23,407 bases of DNA, from the sequence record MH791404.1. One strand, written 5' to 3'. Positions 7,988 through 16,418 of the stretch are shown here, piece by piece. The notes beneath the pieces were generated by a model. The model searched no databases. It saw nothing but the letters and a program-made list of their open reading frames with translations, and was not told the origin of the DNA. Within the stretch, counting starts at the first letter, position 1. Each line of letters opens with the position of its first letter. Made by a program: the position numbers and the translations under genes.

Positions 7988-8437
7988 TTATACTGGGAGA
8001 AGCCAGAAAAGACCACAGAAGAAGCCAGAAACAGCAGCAATGAGAGCCAAAAGAGCCACAACCGTGATTGCATTGATTCGTTTGTTGGTAGCCTCTCGTT
8101 CATCGTTGGTCATTGCTTCCCATTTCCGAATTGACTCTTCCAGATCTTTAACCCCATCAATACCACTCTCGATGTAGATCAGTGTCATTGGGTTAGCATA
8201 AGCTTTACCAAGATAGCCTACCCGTTCTTTAGCATAAGAGATCATGGTCAGATACTGGAACATCACCATCACGATAGCGCCAATGATAATAGGGCCATAC
8301 ATAGTGGATGCTGGGATTGATGCAAGGGCTGCTGCCATGAAGAACAGGCCCCACGTAACAATCGCATTTGACTTAACCCGTTGGGTTTCTTCATGAATAC
8401 GTTGTTTTACTTTTGTTACACGAGTTTCAATAGACAT
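7988..8437 (-). CDS. Membrane protein (about 3 TM), paralog of 8466-8894
   Basis: ORF track; hydrophobic segments; GKAYANPM motif. Confidence 0.75.
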   Translation of the reverse strand: MSIETRVTKVKQRIHEETQRVKSNAIVTWGLFFMAAALASIPASTMYGPIIIGAIVMVMFQYLTMISYAKERVGYLGKAYANPMTLIYIESGIDGVKDLEESIRKWEAMTNDEREATNKRINAITVVALLALIAAVSGFFCGLFWLLPV

Positions 8438-8465
8438 TTCATTTTCCTTTTTTACAAAACTATAT

Positions 8466-8894
8466 TTAGAGGAACAACCAAGATGATACCATTACAGGAA
8501 CACCAAATAAACCAAGATAAAATACAAAATCACAAAAGTATATTACTATTCCTGCAATAGTAATTCGTAGATTAAAGTTTGGTGTATTTTTATAAATATG
8601 AAGGTATTTCCCAACGTTATTATCGCAAAATGAGTATAGCATACACATAGATAATGGATGTTTAAACTCTTTGCCATAATTGGGGCGCTTAATCCATACA
8701 ACTACCATGAACACAATATCAAGGAGAACATAAAATATGGCACATAACAGTATGTATAGATTGACATCCGGCACAAACCCACAACCAACAAGTACACTTG
8801 CTACCAATGCCCCCATACATGATGGGATGAGCGCAGGCAACATCCCGTTTGTTTCTGTTTCTGCCTGTCTCATAATGTTTATTTCTATAGACAT
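8466..8894 (-). CDS. Membrane protein (about 3 TM), paralog of 7988-8437
   Basis: ORF track; hydrophobic segments; GKEFKHPL motif. Confidence 0.75.
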   Translation of the reverse strand: MSIEINIMRQAETETNGMLPALIPSCMGALVASVLVGCGFVPDVNLYILLCAIFYVLLDIVFMVVVWIKRPNYGKEFKHPLSMCMLYSFCDNNVGKYLHIYKNTPNFNLRITIAGIVIYFCDFVFYLGLFGVPVMVSSWLFL

Positions 8895-8895
8895 T

Positions 8896-10242
8896 TTATT
8901 TACTATCCTTCAATTTATTTTTCAAAGTTGTTAAATCTTTCAAATATTCTTTTTTTGAGTTTGTACTTTTCCAATAAGCTAGATCTTTTTCCGCTTGCTC
9001 ATATTCTTTAACCAGCTTTTCTACTTCATCTTCTGTCATGTTAAAGATTGGAAGACCAACCACCTTATCAGCATAAACCGAAAGCTCTGGGTCCAGAAGA
9101 GTTTTAACTTGTTGGATCATAGATTTCTTCGGTTGATTATAACCGATTTTCCCATCACGAGCCAGACGAATAAATTCTGCCTTCGCTTTCAATTCCGGGA
9201 TAAGAATAGTCAGATTTTCAATCATATTTTCAATGCGACGGTCAACGACAGTCATGCGATAATCGACAAATTCGCACACGAGTTGGCTTGTATTGTCGTA
9301 TTTTCGCAGATCCATATCCCCTGTAACCATGTTAGAGTTTGGACCGATTACGTTGATATTCTGATAGATATTCTCAGATAGAGAGAACTGTTTCATGATA
9401 TTTTCATGAGAAGTATCAAAATCACGTTTCAAAGTGACTCGGAATGTAAAATCACCGTCACCTTCAATCTCATCATAACTAACAATCTGGTCTTTTTCAA
9501 TAAGATTGTTCAAAATCGCTACATATTTAATTCGATTGAAACTAACTGGGATCTCTGTGATCAGAAGTTTGGTTTTACCTTGAAGTTCGTAAACCCCTTC
9601 GTTTGTCCATTGTTCACCTGATGTATTAACGTTCCCAATAAAAGAAGGGAACTTGATTTCTGGGTCTTTACATTTACCAGTCTTAACATAAGAAATACAT
9701 TCATCAATAACGCTGTGAATGTCATGTGGTAGTATATGAGTCGCGTAACCAGTTGCAACACCATGAACCCCATTGATTAGAACAAACGGAATGACTGGGA
9801 GATAAAATTTTGGAATAGAATAAGAATCAATCTCACTTGGTAAAACTAGATCCAAATCTTTAAACAGTAGGTCAAAATTATCATCCAGCTTACCGAAGAT
9901 GTAACGTGGTTCCGCTGCTGCTGGGTTCTGTCGTGAACCAAAGTTACCGCGACCCTTGATAACTGGGAAGTTGTTTGCGTATTCAGTTGCCATACCTGCA
10001 AGAACATCATACCCACTTGCTTCACCATGGGGATATCCATAGTCGGAGATAACACCACAAAGAAATGCGGATTTCTTGAAGTCCTTACTTGCGTTTTTGA
10101 TTGTGGAGTACAAAACAAAACGCTGAGATGGTTTGAACCCATCTACCATGGAAGGTAATGCCCGGTTGACGATGGTATAAAATGTATATTCTTTTGCTTC
10201 ATTATGAATATAACTTGAAATAGTACGATCTACGAATTTCAT
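8896..10242 (-). CDS. 52: DNA topoisomerase II medium subunit (gp52, GyrA/ParC-like)
   Basis: NRALPSMVDGFKPSQRF, YPHGE, GNFGSR, active-site AAAEPRY, LINGVHGVATGYAT; 448 aa. Confidence 0.97.
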   Translation of the reverse strand: MKFVDRTISSYIHNEAKEYTFYTIVNRALPSMVDGFKPSQRFVLYSTIKNASKDFKKSAFLCGVISDYGYPHGEASGYDVLAGMATEYANNFPVIKGRGNFGSRQNPAAAEPRYIFGKLDDNFDLLFKDLDLVLPSEIDSYSIPKFYLPVIPFVLINGVHGVATGYATHILPHDIHSVIDECISYVKTGKCKDPEIKFPSFIGNVNTSGEQWTNEGVYELQGKTKLLITEIPVSFNRIKYVAILNNLIEKDQIVSYDEIEGDGDFTFRVTLKRDFDTSHENIMKQFSLSENIYQNINVIGPNSNMVTGDMDLRKYDNTSQLVCEFVDYRMTVVDRRIENMIENLTILIPELKAKAEFIRLARDGKIGYNQPKKSMIQQVKTLLDPELSVYADKVVGLPIFNMTEDEVEKLVKEYEQAEKDLAYWKSTNSKKEYLKDLTTLKNKLKDSK

Positions 10243-10271
10243 ATCATTCCTTATTTTAATTTATTTTATGT

Positions 10272-10301
10272 ATCATACCACATATGAATATAAACTGTAA
10301 A
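10272..10301 (-). promoter_or_regulatory. T4-early-like promoter for 52
   Basis: TTTACA-18-TATGAT with GTGG immediately before the -10. Confidence 0.65.
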
Positions 10302-10322
10302 GCCCATCAAAAGACGGGCTTT
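10299..10322 (-). terminator. Terminator-like hairpin after ndd
   Basis: AAAGCCCGTC-TTTT-GATGGGCTTT immediately after the ndd stop; overlaps the -35 of the gene 52 promoter. Confidence 0.65.
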
Positions 10323-10325
10323 GTT

Positions 10326-10730
10326 CTAACTTACCATTCGACCATGGATGATAAATTTGTTTCGGATCTTGCCAGTCAACTCATGACCATTATTCATCTG
10401 TCCGTATTCTTCAATCCCAAGGAGGTGTCGGGCTTGGCTATATTTAAGGAAATATAGTTTTACGGTTTTTCCTGTCATCAGATAATCATGAACATCTTTA
10501 GCCTGTCCGGTACGTGGTTTTCGAAGTCGGATCATGGTTTCACCAAAACCACGTTTTCGCTGTTGATTTCCAACATGAGTCATATAAACAACAGAACTAG
10601 CGGGGGCAGAAATGAAGTAAAACCCCTCTTTCGTTACATCACCAGTTTCGTTAAGGTTGATACCATCAAAGTTACCAACAACAACCGCACCAGACTTGAC
10701 AAGCTCCTTTGTAGTTAAATTCTTTTTCAT
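10326..10730 (-). CDS. ndd: Nucleoid disruption protein Ndd
   Basis: T.KEL...GA.VVG, K.GFYF, VGNQ..K.GF match recalled T4 Ndd; syntenic upstream of 52. Confidence 0.82.
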   Translation of the reverse strand: MKKNLTTKELVKSGAVVVGNFDGINLNETGDVTKEGFYFISAPASSVVYMTHVGNQQRKRGFGETMIRLRKPRTGQAKDVHDYLMTGKTVKLYFLKYSQARHLLGIEEYGQMNNGHELTGKIRNKFIIHGRMVS

Positions 10731-10733
10731 ATC

Positions 10734-10944
10734 NNNNNNNNNNNNNNNNNNNNNNNNNNNNNNNNNNNNNNNNNNNNNNNNNNNNNNNNNNNNNNNNNNN
10801 NNNNNNNNNNNNNNNNNNNNNNNNNNNNNNNNNNNNNNNNNNNNNNNNNNNNNNNNNNNNNNNNNNNNNNNNNNNNNNNNNNNNNNNNNNNNNNNNNNNN
10901 NNNNNNNNNNNNNNNNNNNNNNNNNNNNNNNNNNNNGTTTTCAT
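10734..10944 (-). CDS. Probable small ORF, almost entirely inside an N gap
   Basis: ATG AAA at 10944 overlapping the upstream stop; the body is unreadable and the end is unknown. Confidence 0.35.
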
Positions 10945-11135
10945 TATTTCACCATATTAAAAATTAAAAACAAGACAATACCAAGACCCAATATTTTAAT
11001 AAACCAACCGGTGGGAGTGGTCATCATTGATTCCGGGTGATACATTTCTTCTGGTATATCTCTTTTATTGCCATAACGGTCGTGAGTATCCATCAGCCTA
11101 GGGCCTTCATCCTCATCGTATGGTTGATATCTCAT
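10944..11135 (-). CDS. Small protein with a C-terminal TM helix
   Basis: ORF track; ATGA overlap; same neighbourhood as T4's small ndd.x ORFs. Confidence 0.7.
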   Translation of the reverse strand: MRYQPYDEDEGPRLMDTHDRYGNKRDIPEEMYHPESMMTTPTGWFIKILGLGIVLFLIFNMVK

Positions 11136-11380
11136 TCACCCACCCGAAAAAATTTTCCGTCTCGAACCAGTACATGATCCAAATTATAAATGATGAACCC
11201 TTTGGTTTCATATGGGGTAACAACACGATATTCGACGTCTTTGGTATCGTGATTCACATGAAAGGAATATACCCAGTCTTTAACCTTTAATTGAAGGCTT
11301 GTATAACCAGACACAAACGGTATTACTTCCTTATAGCCTTCACTTTTCTTAATGTTTACGAAACTCTCTATAGAAACCAT
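11132..11380 (-). CDS. Hypothetical protein
   Basis: ORF track; SD GAGG. Confidence 0.7.
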   Translation of the reverse strand: MVSIESFVNIKKSEGYKEVIPFVSGYTSLQLKVKDWVYSFHVNHDTKDVEYRVVTPYETKGFIIYNLDHVLVRDGKFFRVGE

Positions 11381-11399
11381 GATTAAACCTCGTGTATGG

Positions 11400-11468
11400 T
11401 GTCTAGAATCAATTCCTATGGAGAATACAATAACATTGTATGAGATAACGAGGAATTGATTCTAGACA
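11400..11468. repeat. Perfect 18-bp inverted repeat enclosing a 7-bp inverted repeat
   Basis: TGTCTAGAATCAATTCCT (11400-11417) / AGGAATTGATTCTAGACA (11451-11468); inner ATACAAT-AAC-ATTGTAT (11425-11441). Confidence 0.9.
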
Positions 11469-11519
11469 GATTGGTGAGCTTTAGCGAACCGGCTACGCCG
11501 TACTCGTTTCACTCGTTCT

Positions 11520-11563
11520 AATTATAGATCTTCTATATAAATACTTATAGGAAATCTATAATT
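11520..11563. repeat. AT-rich 18-bp imperfect inverted repeat with TATAAATA at the loop
   Basis: AATTATAGATCTTCTATA-TAAATACT-TATAGGAAATCTATAATT, two imperfect pairs. Confidence 0.85.
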
Positions 11564-11578
11564 TGATTTCATATGATA

Positions 11579-11989
11579 CTAGCCCAGTACCTTTTTGACA
11601 AGGGCACCATCAAACAAAAGACCTTTGGCAGAAGCTGCTTTCTTACAAGCGCCCATGACCTGACCGATGTTAGAACCACCAACGAGCTGACTAAGTACCT
11701 CTTTGATATGTTCTTCACCAAACACCTTCGGAAGATAGGAANNNNNNNNNNNNNNNNNNNNNNNNNNNNNNNNNNNNNNNNNNNNNNNNNNNNNNNNNNN
11801 NNNNNNNNNNNNNNNNNNNNNNNNNNNAACCGATTGGACTTGTTCGTCAGTTACTACCTGATTACCGGAAGGACTTGCTTCACCAATTAGGGTTGTTAGA
11901 GCGTTGATACGAACTTTCCCGTGATGGGTAGAACGGTCTTCTGATTTACGGGCTTTAATTTGGTCTTTCTTAATTTGTTCAAGCAGCAT
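11579..11989 (-). CDS. GatB/YqeY domain protein
   Basis: LLEQIKKDQIKARK...LTTLIGE...VTDEQV...YLPK...NIGQVM, typical YqeY layout; middle masked by Ns but in frame. Confidence 0.8.
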   Translation of the reverse strand: MLLEQIKKDQIKARKSEDRSTHHGKVRINALTTLIGEASPSGNQVVTDEQVQSVXXXXXXXXXXXXXXXXXXXXXXXXXXXXXSYLPKVFGEEHIKEVLSQLVGGSNIGQVMGACKKAASAKGLLFDGALVKKVLG

Positions 11990-12236
11990 TTAATACACCT
12001 TTCATATATTGGATAGTTGATTTGAGGATTTCTAGATCTTCTTTGCAAGAGTTGTTTTCAACCCAAGCAATAAACGCCATAACTTCCTGAGCTTCCATAA
12101 CGTTTAGAGATTTCTTATGCATCATACGATTATAAACCGCATTGATAGAATATTGGGAAGGGGATTCATTACAAACCCACTCTTGATAACACGGGTAAAG
12201 TTCATAAAACTCATGCATNTTCAGACNAATAATCAT
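11979..12236 (-). CDS. Hypothetical protein
   Basis: ORF track; follows a promoter and SD GAGGG. Confidence 0.7.
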   Translation of the reverse strand: MIIXLXMHEFYELYPCYQEWVCNESPSQYSINAVYNRMMHKKSLNVMEAQEVMAFIAWVENNSCKEDLEILKSTIQYMKGVLNAA

Positions 12237-12264
12237 GGTAAATCCCTCTTTGTTTTATAGTTGA

Positions 12265-12293
12265 ATTTTAAACTGGCCTTTTGTTTATGTCAA
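12265..12293 (-). promoter_or_regulatory. Sigma70-type early promoter
   Basis: TTGACA-17-TAAAAT. Confidence 0.75.
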
Positions 12294-12297
12294 CGGT

Positions 12298-12681
12298 TTA
12301 TCGGATAGAAATAAAACCGTATACACCAGAAGAAGAACCAAAGGACATTGCAGCCTTCCAGTTGTCGATGTGTCCACGGACATACTTAGAAGCACCTTTC
12401 CATCCATTTCCTTTGTGAATATCACCGGTTTCCATGTTTACAAACCAAACCATCGAACCGGTAGTTTCCTCTCGTCCGTAATCGTGCATCATGATACGAG
12501 CGAATTTTCGGCCTGTTTGATATGAGTAAGAACGGCGGTTGAGATTTGCAGAGATAAAAGATTCTACATGTTCTTCGCTGTAGCGAGCCCGCATTTCAGG
12601 AAGGACGCGATTGAACCAGTTATCTTCTGANAAGGCNNTCATTTCAGCAACCATNNNTTCGATTTNNTTCANCATAGTCAT
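12298..12681 (-). CDS. Conserved phage hypothetical protein (GRKF.RI...FV..ETGDI.K...WK...K.VRG.I family)
   Basis: ORF track; recalled widespread phage motif; SD AGGAG. Confidence 0.75.
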   Translation of the reverse strand: MTMXXXIEXMVAEMXAXSEDNWFNRVLPEMRARYSEEHVESFISANLNRRSYSYQTGRKFARIMMHDYGREETTGSMVWFVNMETGDIHKGNGWKGASKYVRGHIDNWKAAMSFGSSSGVYGFISIR

Positions 12682-12713
12682 TCTCCTAATTGGTGTCTCG
12701 TCTCAACAGGGAT

Positions 12714-12742
12714 AGTATCTCATAACGTGATTATTCGATCAA
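12714..12742 (-). promoter_or_regulatory. Promoter, ATGA-GA class
   Basis: TTGATC-17-GATACT preceded by TATGA. Confidence 0.6.
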
Positions 12743-13042
12743 GTACTTTTCTACAAAAGTTTTAGCCAATTTTAGTTCAGAAACGATTACATCAAAGTAC
12801 GCTTGTCGTACATCCACATCTTGAACATTAAAAAATTCGTTTTCTGTTGCGATCTGGTACTTATTGAAAACTTCACTTGCCCGTACTAAAGCCTGAAAAG
12901 CAAATGTATGGTGTTCGAAATAAGGGCCGCCATTCAAAGAGAAAATCGTCACACCAATACAATCATTAGTACCTTTGAACCGAGATTCGTTTTCGAAAAT
13001 ATCGATTGCACTATTGATATCATCAATGATTTTCTTTTTCAT
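12731..13042 (-). CDS. Hypothetical protein
   Basis: ORF track; start moved to ATG 13042 (SD GAGG, just after the upstream stop). Confidence 0.7.
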   Translation of the reverse strand: MKKKIIDDINSAIDIFENESRFKGTNDCIGVTIFSLNGGPYFEHHTFAFQALVRASEVFNKYQIATENEFFNVQDVDVRQAYFDVIVSELKLAKTFVEKYLIE

Positions 13043-13043
13043 A

Positions 13044-13271
13044 TCAGACCTCGTAATCCAGAACATCTTGAAAGTCAAAGGATTCAACACCACCACCAGT
13101 CACTTTGTCATAGTAGCAATGTACATCACCCTCAAAATCTTCATCGTAATAGCTTTCATACACCATTTCGACACCAGATTCAAGAACAACAACGATCTTG
13201 TCCTCAAATTGAGTCAGATCAATATGCTTGAAACCTTTAACATCATGCAGAGCAAGCAATACGTTATCCAT
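13044..13271 (-). CDS. Small acidic hypothetical protein
   Basis: ORF track; SD AAGGAG; follows a promoter. Confidence 0.7.
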   Translation of the reverse strand: MDNVLLALHDVKGFKHIDLTQFEDKIVVVLESGVEMVYESYYDEDFEGDVHCYYDKVTGGGVESFDFQDVLDYEV

Positions 13272-13307
13272 CTTAATCTCCTTTGGGAACCATTTCCCGA
13301 CACAGTT

Positions 13308-13336
13308 AGTATCTCATAGGCCGGAATACCGATCAA
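13308..13336 (-). promoter_or_regulatory. Promoter, ATGA-GA class
   Basis: TTGATC-17-GATACT preceded by TATGA; both hexamers identical to 12714-12742. Confidence 0.6.
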
Positions 13337-13348
13337 CAACTTTTTAAA

Positions 13349-13666
13349 TTATTTTCCGAGGTTGATGTAAGCAGCCCGAAGATTGGCAACAACCAGATCC
13401 ATATAGATACTGAACTCTTCAGTAATCTCTCCGTCATGAGCCGCACATACATCGTGACAGTTNNNNNNNNNNNNNNNNNNNNNNNNNNNNNNNNNNNNNN
13501 NNNNNNNNNNNNNNNNNNNNNNNNNNNNNNNNNNNNNNNNNNNNNNNNNNNNNNNNAAAGTGAAGTTGGAGCTAATACCAGTAACAACCTTGGCATTTAC
13601 CATTACCAGTTCGGACTGAATACCCATAATGAGTTCGCGGAGTTGTTGCATAGTGATATGAGTCAT
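13349..13666 (-). CDS. Hypothetical protein (partly masked)
   Basis: ORF track; SD GAGGA; in frame across Ns. Confidence 0.65.
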   Translation of the reverse strand: MTHITMQQLRELIMGIQSELVMVNAKVVTGISSNFTXXXXXXXXXXXXXXXXXXXXXXXXXXXXXXXXNCHDVCAAHDGEITEEFSIYMDLVVANLRAAYINLGK

Positions 13667-13678
13667 AGTGTTATCCTC

Positions 13679-13906
13679 TTATTTAACGATGGTGAAACCA
13701 GATTGTACCAGACTTTCAACTTGACTAGAACCAACGCGACCAACGGTGTTCATTGAAAAGTCTGGACTGTGAGTGATCCCCTGAGATTCGAGATAATTTA
13801 ACACGGTGATATATGCAAGTTTCAAGCTTACTGCTTCCACTAAGAAATCTTTCATATTGGTAGAACCCAGAACCTTGATAGACACAGCGTAATTGAACTT
13901 TTTCAT
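13679..13906 (-). CDS. Hypothetical protein
   Basis: ORF track; SD AAGGAG; follows a promoter and 5' hairpin. Confidence 0.7.
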   Translation of the reverse strand: MKKFNYAVSIKVLGSTNMKDFLVEAVSLKLAYITVLNYLESQGITHSPDFSMNTVGRVGSSQVESLVQSGFTIVK

Positions 13907-13949
13907 TTCTCTCTCCTTAAGGGGAACACTCCCCGTTTCGACAAGACCT

Positions 13950-13977
13950 ATATTATCAGAATACGACTGGATGTCAA
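13950..13977 (-). promoter_or_regulatory. Sigma70-type promoter followed by hairpin GGGGA-GTGT-TCCCC (13921-13934)
   Basis: TTGACA-16-TAATAT with TG extended -10. Confidence 0.6.
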
Positions 13978-14180
13978 CGCTCTAATTGCGATTGTTTGCA
14001 AATATTTTTATATCGTACTTCTAAGCAATCTAACCAGTGACGATGAACAGGGTCCGGATTCTTTTCCAGATGTTCTGTCAACATATCGATCATTAGCTGG
14101 AAATTATCAATCAGATATGCTTGATCGTCAAATTCCAGTGGGATGAATGTAACCCCTTGATTCCACGAATATTGTTTCAT
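13974..14180 (-). CDS. Hypothetical protein
   Basis: ORF track; ATGA overlap. Confidence 0.65.
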   Translation of the reverse strand: MKQYSWNQGVTFIPLEFDDQAYLIDNFQLMIDMLTEHLEKNPDPVHRHWLDCLEVRYKNICKQSQLER

Positions 14181-14734
14181 ACAAATACATCTTCCATAGT
14201 GAAATTGATGGAACCTAATGCTTCTTTGAGGATATCAACTGTTTTGTATACTGTTGGGATGGTCTGACAATCCTCCAAACCCCGATGACGATACAGGTGA
14301 TGGCGAATCATCATATCAATGACGCTACTGGTAATCGTCTTGATATCACTTGGGTATTTGCTACCGATATACCGTTTGTATTCCTTGATGAACCATTCCT
14401 GAGAACGGAATTTAGTTCGTTTAAGGAATTCGGTTGGAATCGTGATACTCATCTCTGAGGTAATCCATACCTTGGTATATTCGCGACCTAAAATATATTC
14501 TTTTTCTTCGCGAACAAACGCTTTATAAACGGTATCTCCAATAAAAGAGTTAGGTTCAAATTCCCAACGAGAGATAACACCATCGTTGTTTATCTCGATT
14601 GTACCTGCTTTGTGATCGACAACACAATCATCCGGATTGTACCTAACTGCGTCTTTGAATTCACCACTTTCGCCTATCCAAACCGTCCATTGACTCATGA
14701 ACGTGCTGTAGTGACAGTAACCAATCTTCATCAT
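14177..14734 (-). CDS. Hypothetical protein
   Basis: ORF track; TAATG overlap. Confidence 0.75.
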   Translation of the reverse strand: MMKIGYCHYSTFMSQWTVWIGESGEFKDAVRYNPDDCVVDHKAGTIEINNDGVISRWEFEPNSFIGDTVYKAFVREEKEYILGREYTKVWITSEMSITIPTEFLKRTKFRSQEWFIKEYKRYIGSKYPSDIKTITSSVIDMMIRHHLYRHRGLEDCQTIPTVYKTVDILKEALGSINFTMEDVFV

Positions 14735-15114
14735 TAACCCTCGATTTTGAACTCGTTATAACCAACAAGAGAGATTTTACGTTCTTTCTTATGGTATACC
14801 AGTTGTCGGATAACATCAACCTCTTTAACGTGATTTCGAATATAGTTGTCGAGATCCATCATGGAATCGGCAGAAATTCGAACCCCATTTACAACTCGGT
14901 ATAACGGCATCGATACGGTATCAAATACATTAACACACAAGGTACGAGCTTCCTGCCAAGATAGGTTAATCATAACCTTCTGTTGTTTAATAATCCCATC
15001 GTAGTAACCAGTCCAACCTTTTCCGTTGTTTGGGCGATAACCAATCAACCACATAAGGTTATCCATGTGTTCCATTACTACTTTAGCATTAGGCCATTTA
15101 TCGAAATTTTTCAT
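14734..15114 (-). CDS. Hypothetical protein
   Basis: ORF track; start moved to ATG 15114 (ATGA overlap). Confidence 0.7.
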   Translation of the reverse strand: MKNFDKWPNAKVVMEHMDNLMWLIGYRPNNGKGWTGYYDGIIKQQKVMINLSWQEARTLCVNVFDTVSMPLYRVVNGVRISADSMMDLDNYIRNHVKEVDVIRQLVYHKKERKISLVGYNEFKIEG

Positions 15115-15524
15115 TTTACTTGTACCCATTCGTTGTTTTCATGATAAATAGAGTCGGATTCTCGGAAGAATACCGGAAGGTCATTGAATTCTTGAACGAG
15201 ATTTTCTGCAATCATCTTCATAATCTCGATACCTTCTTGGTTGTGACCAATAGAGATATAAACCTTATCTCCCTCATAAACAAAACCGTCGATTTCTTCT
15301 TTCTGTGAAACAGTACACATAAACATACTTCGCTTTCCGCTTTCCGCGTTAAAGACAATTGAAAAGCTTTGAAAGTCGTAAGAGTGGATTGTTGCAAATC
15401 CACCAACGCCACTGGTATTCTTCGCATGAATTCGCTGTGTAAGATTATGAACAACGTGGCCGATAGTGGTGATGTTCATGTTATGGTTGCTGATGTCAAC
15501 AAAAATAGAAGTACATACGCTCAT
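15111..15524 (-). CDS. Hypothetical protein
   Basis: ORF track; start moved to ATG 15524 (SD AAGGA); follows a promoter. Confidence 0.7.
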   Translation of the reverse strand: MSVCTSIFVDISNHNMNITTIGHVVHNLTQRIHAKNTSGVGGFATIHSYDFQSFSIVFNAESGKRSMFMCTVSQKEEIDGFVYEGDKVYISIGHNQEGIEIMKMIAENLVQEFNDLPVFFRESDSIYHENNEWVQVK

Positions 15525-15563
15525 AATCAATTTCCTTTAAGTGTGTTTTGTTTCAACAAAGAG

Positions 15564-15592
15564 AGGATACCTTTATTAGTATCCTCTGTCAA
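15564..15592 (-). promoter_or_regulatory. Sigma70-type promoter inside a 9-bp inverted repeat
   Basis: TTGACA-17-TATCCT; AGAGGATAC-N8-GTATCCTCT at 15562-15587. Confidence 0.7.
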
Positions 15593-15597
15593 CAAGT

Positions 15598-16032
15598 TTA
15601 ATCAACAAATTTCAGGGAAGGGCAGAATTTTTCTTTCTTCGCTTTCAGGAAAGATATAATCAACGATTCTTTGTATTCCCCATTTGCTTTTTCTTCGAGT
15701 TTCTTAGCGTCTCGCTGCCATTTCTTTCGGCGCATAGAACTCTTCATATGGTCACAAAGGAAGAAAAACCCAACTATAATCACAATCGCAATCACAGCAA
15801 ATACAAAACCAATCAAAGGAGAAGTTATCAAAACGAGACCACTGGTGATACCAAATGCTTTTAGAATCGACAGTCCAATCCCAGTTAGGGCAAAAATAAA
15901 CAGGGTTGACATACCGGATATCAGAACCAATGCCCAAACAGTTTTCCAAAAATATGGACACAAACTAGTTGGGATTGTATCAAACATTTTGTTGTTCAGA
16001 CGATAGTGCCAGCTTGATTTATTAATATTCAT
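15598..16032 (-). CDS. Membrane protein (2 TM) with a basic C-terminus
   Basis: ORF track; two long hydrophobic stretches; SD AAGGA. Confidence 0.75.
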   Translation of the reverse strand: MNINKSSWHYRLNNKMFDTIPTSLCPYFWKTVWALVLISGMSTLFIFALTGIGLSILKAFGITSGLVLITSPLIGFVFAVIAIVIIVGFFFLCDHMKSSMRRKKWQRDAKKLEEKANGEYKESLIISFLKAKKEKFCPSLKFVD

Positions 16033-16034
16033 TT

Positions 16035-16418
16035 TTATTCCTTTTCAATTTTCCAGTTGATGATGAGATTATCTAATGTACTCACCTTTTTATCACTACG
16101 ATTATAACCTATATGTTCATAGAAGTCCCACACACTATCAAAATAAATTTCTTGATTTTTGTAATAGTCTGTTTCCCCTATGGCTTTATTCATCCGTTCA
16201 TTGCTACCGTGGTCGCTCGTATCATATCGACCAAACACACCCTTGTCAATGACTCCCATATGTTTATCATACCATCTGTTTAGGATCCGACCAACAAACC
16301 CCTCAATGGAGGTGAGTTGACGATACCAACCACCTTTTGGATGCCCATCATAAATCCGGATACGATATAGCTGTGTGATCGGGTGTTCATAAAATTTATA
16401 AGTATAAACCTTATCCAT
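16035..16418 (-). CDS. Hypothetical protein
   Basis: ORF track. Confidence 0.7.
   Translation of the reverse strand: MDKVYTYKFYEHPITQLYRIRIYDGHPKGGWYRQLTSIEGFVGRILNRWYDKHMGVIDKGVFGRYDTSDHGSNERMNKAIGETDYYKNQEIYFDSVWDFYEHIGYNRSDKKVSTLDNLIINWKIEKE

Noticed and set aside
7988-8894. Holin call for the membrane proteins
   Set aside because: No resemblance to T4 T (one TM plus a large periplasmic domain); not adjacent to the spanins; TM count alone is insufficient.
8896-10242. Intron or intein in gene 52
   Set aside because: The ORF is continuous and of typical gp52 length with no insertion-like segment.
10734-10937. N-runs as repeats, tRNAs or hidden elements (also 13463-13556, 16440-16626 and others)
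   Set aside because: Unreadable sequence supports no call; most gaps preserve the flanking frames, consistent with missing data.
11381-11578. CRISPR mini-array, tRNA or IS end
   Set aside because: No repeat-spacer periodicity, no cloverleaf or T-loop motif, no transposase or target-site duplication.
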